Source: a virus (lineage: Duplodnaviria; Caudoviricetes). From it: a DNA stretch of 42,846 nucleotides. The translations under genes and the position numbers were made by a program. Under the pieces are notes generated by a model, which was not told the DNA's origin, did not search any database, and saw nothing but the letters and a program-made list of their open reading frames with translations. The stretch spans positions 1 through 42,846 of IMG/VR virus record IMGVR_UViG_3300037420_000764; one strand, 5' to 3'. Position 1 is the first letter of the stretch. The number at the start of each line of letters is the position of its first letter. Shown here one piece after another: positions 25,938 to 34,187 of the stretch.

Positions 25938-26089
25938 GCATCGGTGACGGCAAAACCTTCGACCAATTCTGCTTTGTTCGGCGCGTCACGAAAGCCGAGC
26001 GCACAGCACTGGCTTGGCATTTGGCGTCGATACGCACACGCCGACTGATCGAAACACTCCTGCCGTCGAAGGGAAGTCGTAATGGGTGA
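25934..26089 (+). CDS. 51-aa hypothetical protein
   Basis: AGGAGG RBS; GTGA overlap. Confidence 0.55.
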   Translation: MSIGDGKTFDQFCFVRRVTKAERTALAWHLASIRTRRLIETLLPSKGSRNG

Positions 26090-26264
26090 GGTTGAGCTGC
26101 GCGAGGCGCTGATAAATGCCAAGTATGCGCTGGAGTACTGGCAGCGCGAAGCCAGGATTGCGGTGAGAAAAGGCGAGCGTTGGGTTAATGGTCCGCTAGA
26201 GCGCGGTCTCGATGAAATTGAACGCATCGAGAAGCTGCTTGCAGTCATTCCCGCCAAGCCCTGA
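26082..26264 (+). CDS. Hypothetical protein
   Basis: 60-aa coupled ORF. Confidence 0.55.
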   Translation: MGEVELREALINAKYALEYWQREARIAVRKGERWVNGPLERGLDEIERIEKLLAVIPAKP

Positions 26265-26375
26265 AGGACACAAGCAATGCCGACTGATTTTGGAGCTTAT
26301 CGCGCCACTCATGAACGGAACCACTCTTCGGTGTTTCCGCCCTTCGGGTGAGTGTCACGGCTAAAGGAGGAAGAA

Positions 26376-26528
26376 GTGACTGAAGAGCAAGAAGCGCGGC
26401 TGCTCCAAAACCAGAAACTCATAATGCAAGCGCTCCAAACCCTCCTCGCCGCAACGGGTAAGGACTTCATGCGGAATCAGCTGGAAATACGGATCAAAGA
26501 CATCGAAGCGTTTCTTGCGGCGCCCTAA
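26376..26528 (+). CDS. 50-aa hypothetical protein (MTEEQEARLLQNQK...)
   Basis: Strong AAAGGAGG RBS; hand-translated. Confidence 0.6.
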   Translation: MTEEQEARLLQNQKLIMQALQTLLAATGKDFMRNQLEIRIKDIEAFLAAP

Positions 26529-26651
26529 GGCACCGACGACAGCGGCACCAGCACATGGTTAGGGCGGCATCGGATCCCATTTCTGGACTGGTCCGTGTTT
26601 GAACGGGTGGGATTAGTCCGTTATCCTCTGTTCGGTTAAGCAGGAGCTTTT

Positions 26652-26777
26652 ATGCGTTGGAAGAAGCCCCACAGCGGCATACCAGCCGGAACCAAGGCAG
26701 CGCTTGGCGAGAAGAGCGTCGATGCCCGTGAAGGCGAAAGCGTTTGGTCGCTGCTCAAGAGGCTGAACGATAGCTAG
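26652..26777 (+). CDS. 41-aa hypothetical protein (MRWKKPHSG...)
   Basis: AGGAG RBS; stop overlaps the stop of the convergent gene. Confidence 0.45.
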   Translation: MRWKKPHSGIPAGTKAALGEKSVDAREGESVWSLLKRLNDS

Positions 26778-27502
26778 GGATGCAGCGCCGCCATGTAGGT
26801 CTGCGCGTTGGTCTTGGTAGTGGTATCCGCAACGCCCTTCATTATGAAGGCTCCGTAAAACGGGCCGGTCGCGGTGTTGCCGATTTCGATTGGAGCGGTT
26901 CCGCTGAACAGCGTGCCAGTAATGGACGTTGCGCCGTCTCCAGAATTGTTCACGAACGCCTCAACCTGGCTGGTTGAGCATATGCTCGAGAACACCGCAT
27001 CGGTGTTGATGGAGGTGGTGCCGGCGCAGGTATCGTGGTTTATTTCGGTGGGCGTCGTGTTCCAGGCATATCCATAAGTGTTGGTCAGCGACGTATTGGC
27101 GAGGATCAGAGTGTTGCCGTTGAACGCGATCATCCAGTTGTTGCCACTAGTTCCCGGCTTGGCGGTAGCCCATGCGGAGTATTGCCCGCTGCCGTCCGTG
27201 TGGACGAAGCTGGAGCTCTGGAAGAACGAAGTTCCATCCATCTGAAGATAGGGCTTGCCGCTGTTGGCGTGATAAACCCAGCCCGTTGAATTGGTGAAGA
27301 AAATCCCAGTGGTCGGATCCTTGATCGCCTTGACCGTCTGAAGATCGGCAGAGACGTTCGTGGTGTGGGCAGTGTCGGTGTAGAGGTTCGCCATGCTGAG
27401 AACCGTGATGTCCACGGCAAGGTTAGCGCCGAGCGACGTTGGTGCCCATGCCCCGGAGACGGATGGCGTGCTTGAGAGTAGAGTGCCCAGGAGCGTAAAC
27501 AT
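26774..27502 (-). CDS. Putative lectin/LamG-like virion accessory protein
   Basis: WAPTSLGANL N-terminus and a T/S/G-rich beta-sandwich pattern. Confidence 0.6.
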   Translation of the reverse strand: MFTLLGTLLSSTPSVSGAWAPTSLGANLAVDITVLSMANLYTDTAHTTNVSADLQTVKAIKDPTTGIFFTNSTGWVYHANSGKPYLQMDGTSFFQSSSFVHTDGSGQYSAWATAKPGTSGNNWMIAFNGNTLILANTSLTNTYGYAWNTTPTEINHDTCAGTTSINTDAVFSSICSTSQVEAFVNNSGDGATSITGTLFSGTAPIEIGNTATGPFYGAFIMKGVADTTTKTNAQTYMAALHP

Positions 27503-29595
27503 TATCTCTGCACCGCGCTGGTGGCCGAGGGGTTATTGCCGCTGTCGAGTTGGGCGACATAGATCCACTGGCCGACCGACATGGCAGGGGAGATACCTGA
27601 AATAGTTTGCGTGCCGCTCGCCGAAATGGCCTGCGAGCCGTGCGACAATGCGGCAGTCGAATTGTCCATGTTGTAGCCGGCGCGGATATGCGGCCAATCG
27701 GGCACTGTTGCCGAGGCCGAGACCATCCAGAACAAAGTGCCGTTGCCGGTATTGGTCGAGACCGTCGCCGAGGTTGTGGACGTTGTTATGAGGCTTGAAA
27801 GAACCGGCTGCGGCGACAGGGACCAAGAGATGGAGGTATTGTGGCTGCTGGCTCCGTTGGTCTCGGTGATTGTCGCCGAGCCCGAGCTCGTTGTTCCTGT
27901 TCCGTCATAGGCCCATGAGCGATTGTCGCTGTTGATCGTAATGCTTGAAGGCAACCCGGACTGCGTGATCGTCGAGCCGTCCTGCGTTCCGATGAACTGT
28001 CCGGTAGTCGCAACGCCAATGGTGACGGCGAAATTGGTCTTGAGATCGATAAGGGATGGAATGGTGATTCCGTAGCCGGTCTGGGCGAGACCGACTGCAT
28101 TTCTCCACTGCCTCTGCGGATCGGCGATGGCAGCGTCTTTCATGGCTGCAAGGTCTGCATATCCCAGCGCAGCGGCGAGACTGTCGGCCGTATAGGAATT
28201 GACCCACGAGTGCCCGGAGTTGCTGGTGTTCGTTCCCGAGGTCGGATCGTCCCACAGATTGTTCGAGAAGGTGCAGTGGTTATTGGCTGGCACGGAAGAG
28301 GTGGATTTCGTGTTACCAGACGTGCTCCACAAATAGCTGATGTTGTCGTGGAAATCGGTCCAGTTGGGCATTGAGACGCTGAACACGTCCGTCGCGGTGT
28401 CCTGAATAAAGGTATTGGCGGCTTGCGCTGACGAACGGGCGACGACATTGCGGTGGACCTGGCTTCCGAGCATCCCGTTGGTTGGGCCAATACCCCAATC
28501 CTGGGCGCTGCCGCCGTCAGCCGTGGAAATGATTCCTCCTCCCAAGATGATGTTGTACGAAATATCGATGTAGGAGCCTAAGGGAAGATCGGTGCTGGTA
28601 TTGTTGCCGCCACCGGCTCCCACTGCGATGGGATTGTTCAGCGACAGGTTGTACTGGTAAATGCCGCCGCCCTTGAGAACCCCGCCATCGGCCGAGCAAT
28701 CGATGAAGCAGTTCCTGCGGACCATCGTGTTGCGGCAGGTCGTCTGAATATAGAGCGGGTGATTGAACTGCGTCGCGCCACCTGAAGCCGCCACAGTCGC
28801 TCTGGTCGCGGTGGTTTTCCATCCCGAGCGCCAGAAGACACAATCCTCGACCGTCAGCCCGTCCAGCATATCTGCGAAAATGCCCTGCTGGTGGTCGGAC
28901 AGCGAGCTTCCGAATGAGCCGTATTGCGCGCAGTTGCGAACGATGATGTGCCTAGTCCTAGTGGCGGGATTTTGGCTGAAATCGAAGTTCAGGTAACAGT
29001 AGGAGAAGATGCAGTTTTCATAGAGCAGGTAATCGGGATTTCCGGTGGTGTTGACCAGATTGGAAACGCCCTGATCTGCGGTGTTGCCGAAGTTGAAGTT
29101 GAACCCCCTGACCGCAATATATTTGGGAGACGCGCCGCTGCCGCCGACGACATATACCCCCGGAAATGAGGTCACGGTCGGACGATTGCTTCCCGAGGCT
29201 TTTCCAAACAGCGCGGAATTTGTCGGGTCCGATGGATTGTAAGTCTGAATGACGGTCGGATAAGTGGGGCTCGCGCCATCCTTGCCAGAGACATTGACGA
29301 AGGCGTAACCGGTGGTTCCCTCGGCAACGAGGATCTGATCCCCAGCACTCTGGGTTACATAAGTGAGCGCCTTGGAGAGTGTCGCCACCGGAGTCGAGGC
29401 GGACTGAGCTTGAGTGCTGGTGTTAGTATCTGAACCGGTCGAGTTGTTGACGTAGAACCTCTTCGCGCCGGCGTTGAGCGGAAGAGAGGCATAGCCGGAT
29501 GTATCGACACCGTTGCCAATCGAGGTGTCGTAGGTAAACGCCGGAGCGGCGACGCTGACGACGGTCTTCCGCCGCATGGCTGAAAAGCGCGGCAT
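27502..29595 (-). CDS. Right-handed beta-helix tailspike/depolymerase-like protein
   Basis: FYVNNSTGSDTN, GDQILV and Asn-ladder repeats (VRNC, VEDCVF, VRRNCF). Confidence 0.7.
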   Translation of the reverse strand: MPRFSAMRRKTVVSVAAPAFTYDTSIGNGVDTSGYASLPLNAGAKRFYVNNSTGSDTNTSTQAQSASTPVATLSKALTYVTQSAGDQILVAEGTTGYAFVNVSGKDGASPTYPTVIQTYNPSDPTNSALFGKASGSNRPTVTSFPGVYVVGGSGASPKYIAVRGFNFNFGNTADQGVSNLVNTTGNPDYLLYENCIFSYCYLNFDFSQNPATRTRHIIVRNCAQYGSFGSSLSDHQQGIFADMLDGLTVEDCVFWRSGWKTTATRATVAASGGATQFNHPLYIQTTCRNTMVRRNCFIDCSADGGVLKGGGIYQYNLSLNNPIAVGAGGGNNTSTDLPLGSYIDISYNIILGGGIISTADGGSAQDWGIGPTNGMLGSQVHRNVVARSSAQAANTFIQDTATDVFSVSMPNWTDFHDNISYLWSTSGNTKSTSSVPANNHCTFSNNLWDDPTSGTNTSNSGHSWVNSYTADSLAAALGYADLAAMKDAAIADPQRQWRNAVGLAQTGYGITIPSLIDLKTNFAVTIGVATTGQFIGTQDGSTITQSGLPSSITINSDNRSWAYDGTGTTSSGSATITETNGASSHNTSISWSLSPQPVLSSLITTSTTSATVSTNTGNGTLFWMVSASATVPDWPHIRAGYNMDNSTAALSHGSQAISASGTQTISGISPAMSVGQWIYVAQLDSGNNPSATSAVQR

Positions 29596-31355
29596 CAGGA
29601 CTGAACCACGCCGAACTTGAACACCAGGTCACTGGCTGCGAAAGTCGGAGTTCCGGCTTCGAGAACGCCAAAGGCATAAACCGTTGTAGTGCCGCTGGCC
29701 GCTTCAAGGAGAAGATTGATCGCCTTGTAGGTGACCACATCGGCGCCTCCGAGGTCTTTCCAGTCAGCTGCGGCAACACTGACATAACCAAGAATGTTCG
29801 CCACATCGGCATCGCTGATCGTCGGAGCGACGTTGATCGTTCCGGTCGTGACATTGGTCTGCGCAAAATAGATCGTGAACGCTGGCTTCTGATCCGACTT
29901 GTCACAAACCGTCATCGACATCAGGACCGCGCGGAGGTCGTTGGCCCGGGTAACGCCGGTGATGGCGGTAGAGACGAACAGCACGTCGCCTGAAGCATAA
30001 GCGGAAGTGTCGAGCGTAGGGGTGAACGAGATTACATCAGCCGGGGTCTGGACACTGACAGCGTTGGTTGTCCCTGGAGTGGTCTGGTCGATCTTGACGG
30101 GACTTGGTGTGGTCGTGTCGGTCGCCGCATCCTTCATCGTTCGGAGGTAGGACGCGATAGTACCGGCAGCGCCGTTCGCTACGGTCGCATCGGCAGTCGT
30201 GCCGATCGAATCCGAGAAGACGTGAAGCTGTCCCTTGTTGGTTGCCTTGATGGCGATGTTGTCGCCGTCCGCCGACACTTCCGAAGTCGAAAGCGTGTCG
30301 CGGCGCACGCCCATCATCATCGTGCCGATCGGATCGGCAGCCGCAGCAACATCCTCGGTGTATTGCGTGCCCGATGACGAGCCGCCGACGATATCGACCT
30401 TCAAACCGCCATTGGCTCCAAGGGCGACAGGAACGCCCGGTGCGTCAATGGTCAGCGAACCACCATTGTCGGTGACTGGAACCACATCGTCAGTGGCGAT
30501 CGTGACGCGCTGGACCGTGGCTCCGCGAACACCGGAACCATAAGCCTGGGCAACGCCGTTGACGGTTCCGACATTGACCGAGAAGGCCGTGTTGTCGGAA
30601 GCAATCGCAACTCGTTGCACGCCAGCGCTGACAACTCCGTTGCCGGTCGCCACCGCCGTTGCGGCGACATGCGACAGACTGACTGCGTTTGTAGTGCCGG
30701 GCGTGGTCTGATCGACGCCCACCTTGCCGATGATAGCTGAGCCGGCAACCAGTGCAGGAAGGGTGGTGATCGAACCGATGTTCCAGGTGCCGCTCTGCGT
30801 TGCGGCAAGGGTGTTGTTCGGAGAGATGGCAACGACCAGGGCTGGATCCGCGGCAACGGCAGCTGTCGAAGCCGCCTTTACGGCTGCGTTGCTCGTGCCA
30901 TCGGTCAGCTTGGTGCGCTGGGTGCCGCCGGTTAGCGTGGCGTCAAGCGCGGCGCCTGTGGGAAGCGGGAGAGACGCAGCGCTGATCGCGAATGTTCCCG
31001 TACCTGCGTTCGCTGTGACGGTCCCGCTGACAGGCTGTGTTGCCTGCCAGAAAGTGCCGGATACCGGTACGGCCGTCGCGCGCAGCTGCGCGTCGGTGAG
31101 CGGCCCTGAGACTGCAAACGTACCGCTTCCAGCATTGGCGGTGACCGTGCCGCTAACGGGTTGCGTGGCTTGCCAGAACGTGCCGGTGACAGCGACTGAA
31201 CCACTGATGCCGAGCGAGCCGCTGACCGGTATTGCCGATTGGTCGGAGGCGATGACGACCGGCCGTGATGCCGCCATGACGGCCTGTCCCGGAGCGAGCG
31301 GCTTTTCGATCGGAACCGTTGCGCCGGCTGCGTCGAGGACGTTAATTGTTGCCAT
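29595..31355 (-). CDS. Fibre-like repeat protein
   Basis: Repeats GTFWQATQPVSGTVTANAG x2, DQTTPGTTNAVS x2, VQRV.IA.D x2. Confidence 0.7.
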   Translation of the reverse strand: MATINVLDAAGATVPIEKPLAPGQAVMAASRPVVIASDQSAIPVSGSLGISGSVAVTGTFWQATQPVSGTVTANAGSGTFAVSGPLTDAQLRATAVPVSGTFWQATQPVSGTVTANAGTGTFAISAASLPLPTGAALDATLTGGTQRTKLTDGTSNAAVKAASTAAVAADPALVVAISPNNTLAATQSGTWNIGSITTLPALVAGSAIIGKVGVDQTTPGTTNAVSLSHVAATAVATGNGVVSAGVQRVAIASDNTAFSVNVGTVNGVAQAYGSGVRGATVQRVTIATDDVVPVTDNGGSLTIDAPGVPVALGANGGLKVDIVGGSSSGTQYTEDVAAAADPIGTMMMGVRRDTLSTSEVSADGDNIAIKATNKGQLHVFSDSIGTTADATVANGAAGTIASYLRTMKDAATDTTTPSPVKIDQTTPGTTNAVSVQTPADVISFTPTLDTSAYASGDVLFVSTAITGVTRANDLRAVLMSMTVCDKSDQKPAFTIYFAQTNVTTGTINVAPTISDADVANILGYVSVAAADWKDLGGADVVTYKAINLLLEAASGTTTVYAFGVLEAGTPTFAASDLVFKFGVVQS

Positions 31356-31356
31356 G

Positions 31357-31533
31357 TTAGATGTCCTCTAAAAGCACGAGAAGGCCGCTCTGCGCGGATT
31401 GGTTGAACAGGAGTTGCCCGGGTTCTGCGCCGGGCTCGCATGACTGCACGGTCCAGGTGGTTACCTGTTTGGCGACTTGGGCCCAGGCGGTTATCGTCCG
31501 TGGAACGACTGCCCAGTTTGTGCCGCAGCTCAT
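31357..31533 (-). CDS. 58-aa hypothetical protein
   Basis: ATGA-coupled to o-spanin. Confidence 0.5.
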   Translation of the reverse strand: MSCGTNWAVVPRTITAWAQVAKQVTTWTVQSCEPGAEPGQLLFNQSAQSGLLVLLEDI

Positions 31534-31835
31534 CTCTCGCACTCCGGATAGCGGGGGATGATGCGTGGTGGCTGGCCGGATGACACGCGCAGCAAGGGAT
31601 CGGTGAGCAGGCCGTAAGCCACCCATTTGCAGTGATCGGAGAGGAGCATGTCAGCGGCGGCGCTGAGCGAGCTCGGGCGAGGGCCAAGCGGCGACGGAAG
31701 AGCGGGAACCTGAGCGGGCTTGATCGGCTGAACTGCGACCGGAACTTTAATCTCGACAGTCTGCATTCGTGTAGCGTTGGTCGCGCATCCGCTTAACACA
31801 AATATCGTAGTGATAAGCAGGCGTTTCATTGCCAT
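31530..31835 (-). CDS. o-spanin (Rz1-like lipoprotein)
   Basis: Signal peptide with lipobox LSGC; Pro-rich. Confidence 0.75.
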   Translation of the reverse strand: MAMKRLLITTIFVLSGCATNATRMQTVEIKVPVAVQPIKPAQVPALPSPLGPRPSSLSAAADMLLSDHCKWVAYGLLTDPLLRVSSGQPPRIIPRYPECER

Positions 31836-32275
31836 GCTCCTTTCAGGGCCTTGGAGGGCTCACAGGGCTTCGCCTGGGCCTCGACAGAGCGCGAAGAGGC
31901 CTCCAGACGTGTCGAGGTAGCCTGAGCGCCTTGAGCGCGTTTCTGGGCCGCTTGTGAGGCTTTCGCGCTTTCGCTTTGCAGCTGGGCGGTTCGCGCTCCC
32001 ATTGCGGTCACTGCGTCATTCTGCTTATGGATGGCCGTGGTCAGCGTGCCGATCGCTTCGCCCATGAACTGGATCTGCTGCGGAACCTCGGAGCATTTGA
32101 GCTTCGGCTGACCGGACGCAGTGCGGGTTGCTTGGCAGATGACCGCAAGCTTCTCGCCACGTTCGGTCATCACGCTCTTCCAGTGAAAGGCGAGCAGGAC
32201 GAACGACAAGATCGCCGCCGCAGCAAGGGCAAGCCCAATTAGCTTGATGGTCGAGAAGCCAGCGAACGGGTTCAC
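31826..32275 (-). CDS. i-spanin (Rz-like)
   Basis: N-terminal TM helix, coiled coil, C-terminal Cys. Confidence 0.75.
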   Translation of the reverse strand: MNPFAGFSTIKLIGLALAAAAILSFVLLAFHWKSVMTERGEKLAVICQATRTASGQPKLKCSEVPQQIQFMGEAIGTLTTAIHKQNDAVTAMGARTAQLQSESAKASQAAQKRAQGAQATSTRLEASSRSVEAQAKPCEPSKALKGAWQ

Positions 32276-32514
32276 TTCTCAACCCTCGGCGAGAACTTGG
32301 CGAGGAAGTCGTCTCGCGGTCGAACGTAAAGCGTTTCCGCATCGTCATCGCGCACATAGGCCACGGCGGCCTGCCAGCGCGCGTCGTTTGCGTCTTTGAT
32401 GCGAATGCTATCGTAGGCCAGATCGTCGGGGATGCTGACGCCGTAATTGCCGCCTTTGTGGTCCCAGTTGGTTCCTGGTTCGGGATGCATGTTCAGGTCT
32501 CCTTCGTCTCTCAC
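32272..32514 (-). CDS. DUF1653-like protein
   Basis: W.HKGG.Y...V.Y...LYVRP.DDF..KF. Confidence 0.6.
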   Translation of the reverse strand: MRDEGDLNMHPEPGTNWDHKGGNYGVSIPDDLAYDSIRIKDANDARWQAAVAYVRDDDAETLYVRPRDDFLAKFSPRVEK

Positions 32515-32672
32515 AGCAACAGCGCCTTCTGGGCGATCAGCAGCACGCCAATCAGGACGATGAGGACTTTGAGGATGTTGTTGAACGGCGAGCCAAGGGG
32601 AAGCATGTCCACCGCCCAGACGAGCAGCGCGAGGACAATGATGACGATGATCGCAAAGATGAGCACGTTCAT
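32511..32672 (-). CDS. Small two-TM membrane protein
   Basis: Two hydrophobic helices flanking LPLGSPF. Confidence 0.7.
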   Translation of the reverse strand: MNVLIFAIIVIIVLALLVWAVDMLPLGSPFNNILKVLIVLIGVLLIAQKALLL

Positions 32673-32968
32673 TTGCTGGCCTTTCCGGTTGGACAATCGC
32701 TAACCGCCTTGGCGACGGTGTTTTCGGCCTTGGCGCGATCCTTGGCGTAGATAAGTGCGGCGGAGGCGCCGATGACGGCCGCTAGCCCACCGCCCAGGCC
32801 CGTGGGGCCGAGCTCCAGAGGCAAGCCCAGCGCCATGTTCCACGCCTGCCCTCCGAGCATCATGAGGACGCCGAGCGTACCGATGATGCGGCCCAAGTCG
32901 GCGGCGTCGTTACCGGGACCGTAAAAGAGATCACGAAAGACTTTTCCGAGCCAGCGCAGGAACTTCAT
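32669..32968 (-). CDS. Putative holin
   Basis: Two TM segments; ATGA-coupled to the endolysin. Confidence 0.55.
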   Translation of the reverse strand: MKFLRWLGKVFRDLFYGPGNDAADLGRIIGTLGVLMMLGGQAWNMALGLPLELGPTGLGGGLAAVIGASAALIYAKDRAKAENTVAKAVSDCPTGKASK

Positions 32969-33606
32969 GCTACACCTCTGAGACAAATGGCGCGTTCTCT
33001 CTGGCGGCGCGCGAGAAGCCCCTGAACGACGCGAAGCCGGCCATTCACTCGCGCCTTCGACCATGAGAGGAATGCATCGCAGCCCGCGCGCCATTGGCCA
33101 CTGTCAAAGTCTCGATCGGCGGATGAGCGGCAGTAAGCGCCCACTCCGATGTTGTAGGCGAGGCTCACCGCAGCCGCCCGCTGGTAATCTCGGCCCGGTT
33201 CGGACAAGGCTGGAGTGCAAGCCATTACCGGCTTGGCATGGGCGACGAGCTGCGACTCAAGCCGCTGGCGACATCCCTCCGGCGTCTCGATCAGGCTAGG
33301 GTGAACATCATTCGTATCACCATTACAGACCGTCCAGATACCAGCGATGTCGCGGTACGCCTTGTATTCTGTGCCCTCTTCCTTGGGGACAGTTGCAAAA
33401 AGCGAGGTGGCGGCAAGCGACCCGACGACGGCAGCGAGCGGCCCCTTGCGGCTCAGCAGACTGGATGAGGGAGACGGCTGCCCCCGACTTTCCGCGAGCG
33501 CCGCATTGACCTCCGCTACCTCACCAGCCGTAAGAGCAGCGTTCGGCCTCTTGCTCCATTCGCGTTTCTTGCGCCGGAACAGGTCGAAGATGGGCGTGTC
33601 GCTCAC
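32965..33606 (-). CDS. Endolysin (GH24 lysozyme)
   Basis: E-x8-D-x5-T triad (EEGTEYKAYRDIAGIWT), SLAYNIG, GLLARRQRE. Confidence 0.92.
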   Translation of the reverse strand: MSDTPIFDLFRRKKREWSKRPNAALTAGEVAEVNAALAESRGQPSPSSSLLSRKGPLAAVVGSLAATSLFATVPKEEGTEYKAYRDIAGIWTVCNGDTNDVHPSLIETPEGCRQRLESQLVAHAKPVMACTPALSEPGRDYQRAAAVSLAYNIGVGAYCRSSADRDFDSGQWRAGCDAFLSWSKARVNGRLRVVQGLLARRQRERAICLRGVA

Positions 33607-33929
33607 GGATGAGCCCCCTTCATCCACGCCATGAGAGCAGCGAACGCAGCCATGATGATTGCGATTGGCCAATGACGGCTAATCCACTCAACTAGGCTGA
33701 CGGCTCCCTCACGGCGCAGCTTGTCGGCTTCCAGCAGCGTAATCCGGACGCCATGCCTTTCCTGCTCGAGCTTCATCTCCCTGACCTGTTCGACGAGGTG
33801 GCCAACAGCATCGAGTTTCTGGCTGTCGTTCCGCTGGTTATGCTTGACGGTGCGCACTTCAGCGATGAGCTCGCCAAGCAGCCTATCAGTTGATCCGGTG
33901 TCCCGATCTCCAACATCACGGGCGGGCAC
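33603..33929 (-). CDS. Coiled-coil protein with C-terminal TM (holin/antiholin-like)
   Basis: LLGELIAEV...RITLLEA...TM; directly upstream of the endolysin; start uncertain. Confidence 0.6.
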   Translation of the reverse strand: MPARDVGDRDTGSTDRLLGELIAEVRTVKHNQRNDSQKLDAVGHLVEQVREMKLEQERHGVRITLLEADKLRREGAVSLVEWISRHWPIAIIMAAFAALMAWMKGAHP

Positions 33930-33998
33930 AGTTACGCGCGCCCTTGGGCAAAAGGGGGCGGTTGCTCTTGCACATTCTCTTTGCCATACTGCGGCAAC

Positions 33999-34187
33999 AT
34001 GACCGGAAATGAGCTCAAGGCATTGCTGGCGAGCATCAACTTCTCGCCCAATGATCTCGCGGTGCGCGTTTCTTCGATTGACCCGCGCGAAGTCGAGCAA
34101 TGGCTGGATGTCGGTGAAACACCGGTCCCGGAATGGATCTCCGATGACGTGGAGTGGTTCATCGGGATCACGATGCAACAGCCTTGA
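33999..34187 (+). CDS. Antisense small HTH protein (moron)
   Basis: MTGNELKALL...NDLA...VEQWL..GETPVPEW; promoter TTGCTC-N17-CATACT at 33962-33990. Confidence 0.65.
   Translation: MTGNELKALLASINFSPNDLAVRVSSIDPREVEQWLDVGETPVPEWISDDVEWFIGITMQQP

Noticed and set aside
26521-26566. Integron attC site
   Set aside because: The ends do not match RYYYAAC/GTTRRRY, no L boxes are evident, and the integrase is phage-type.
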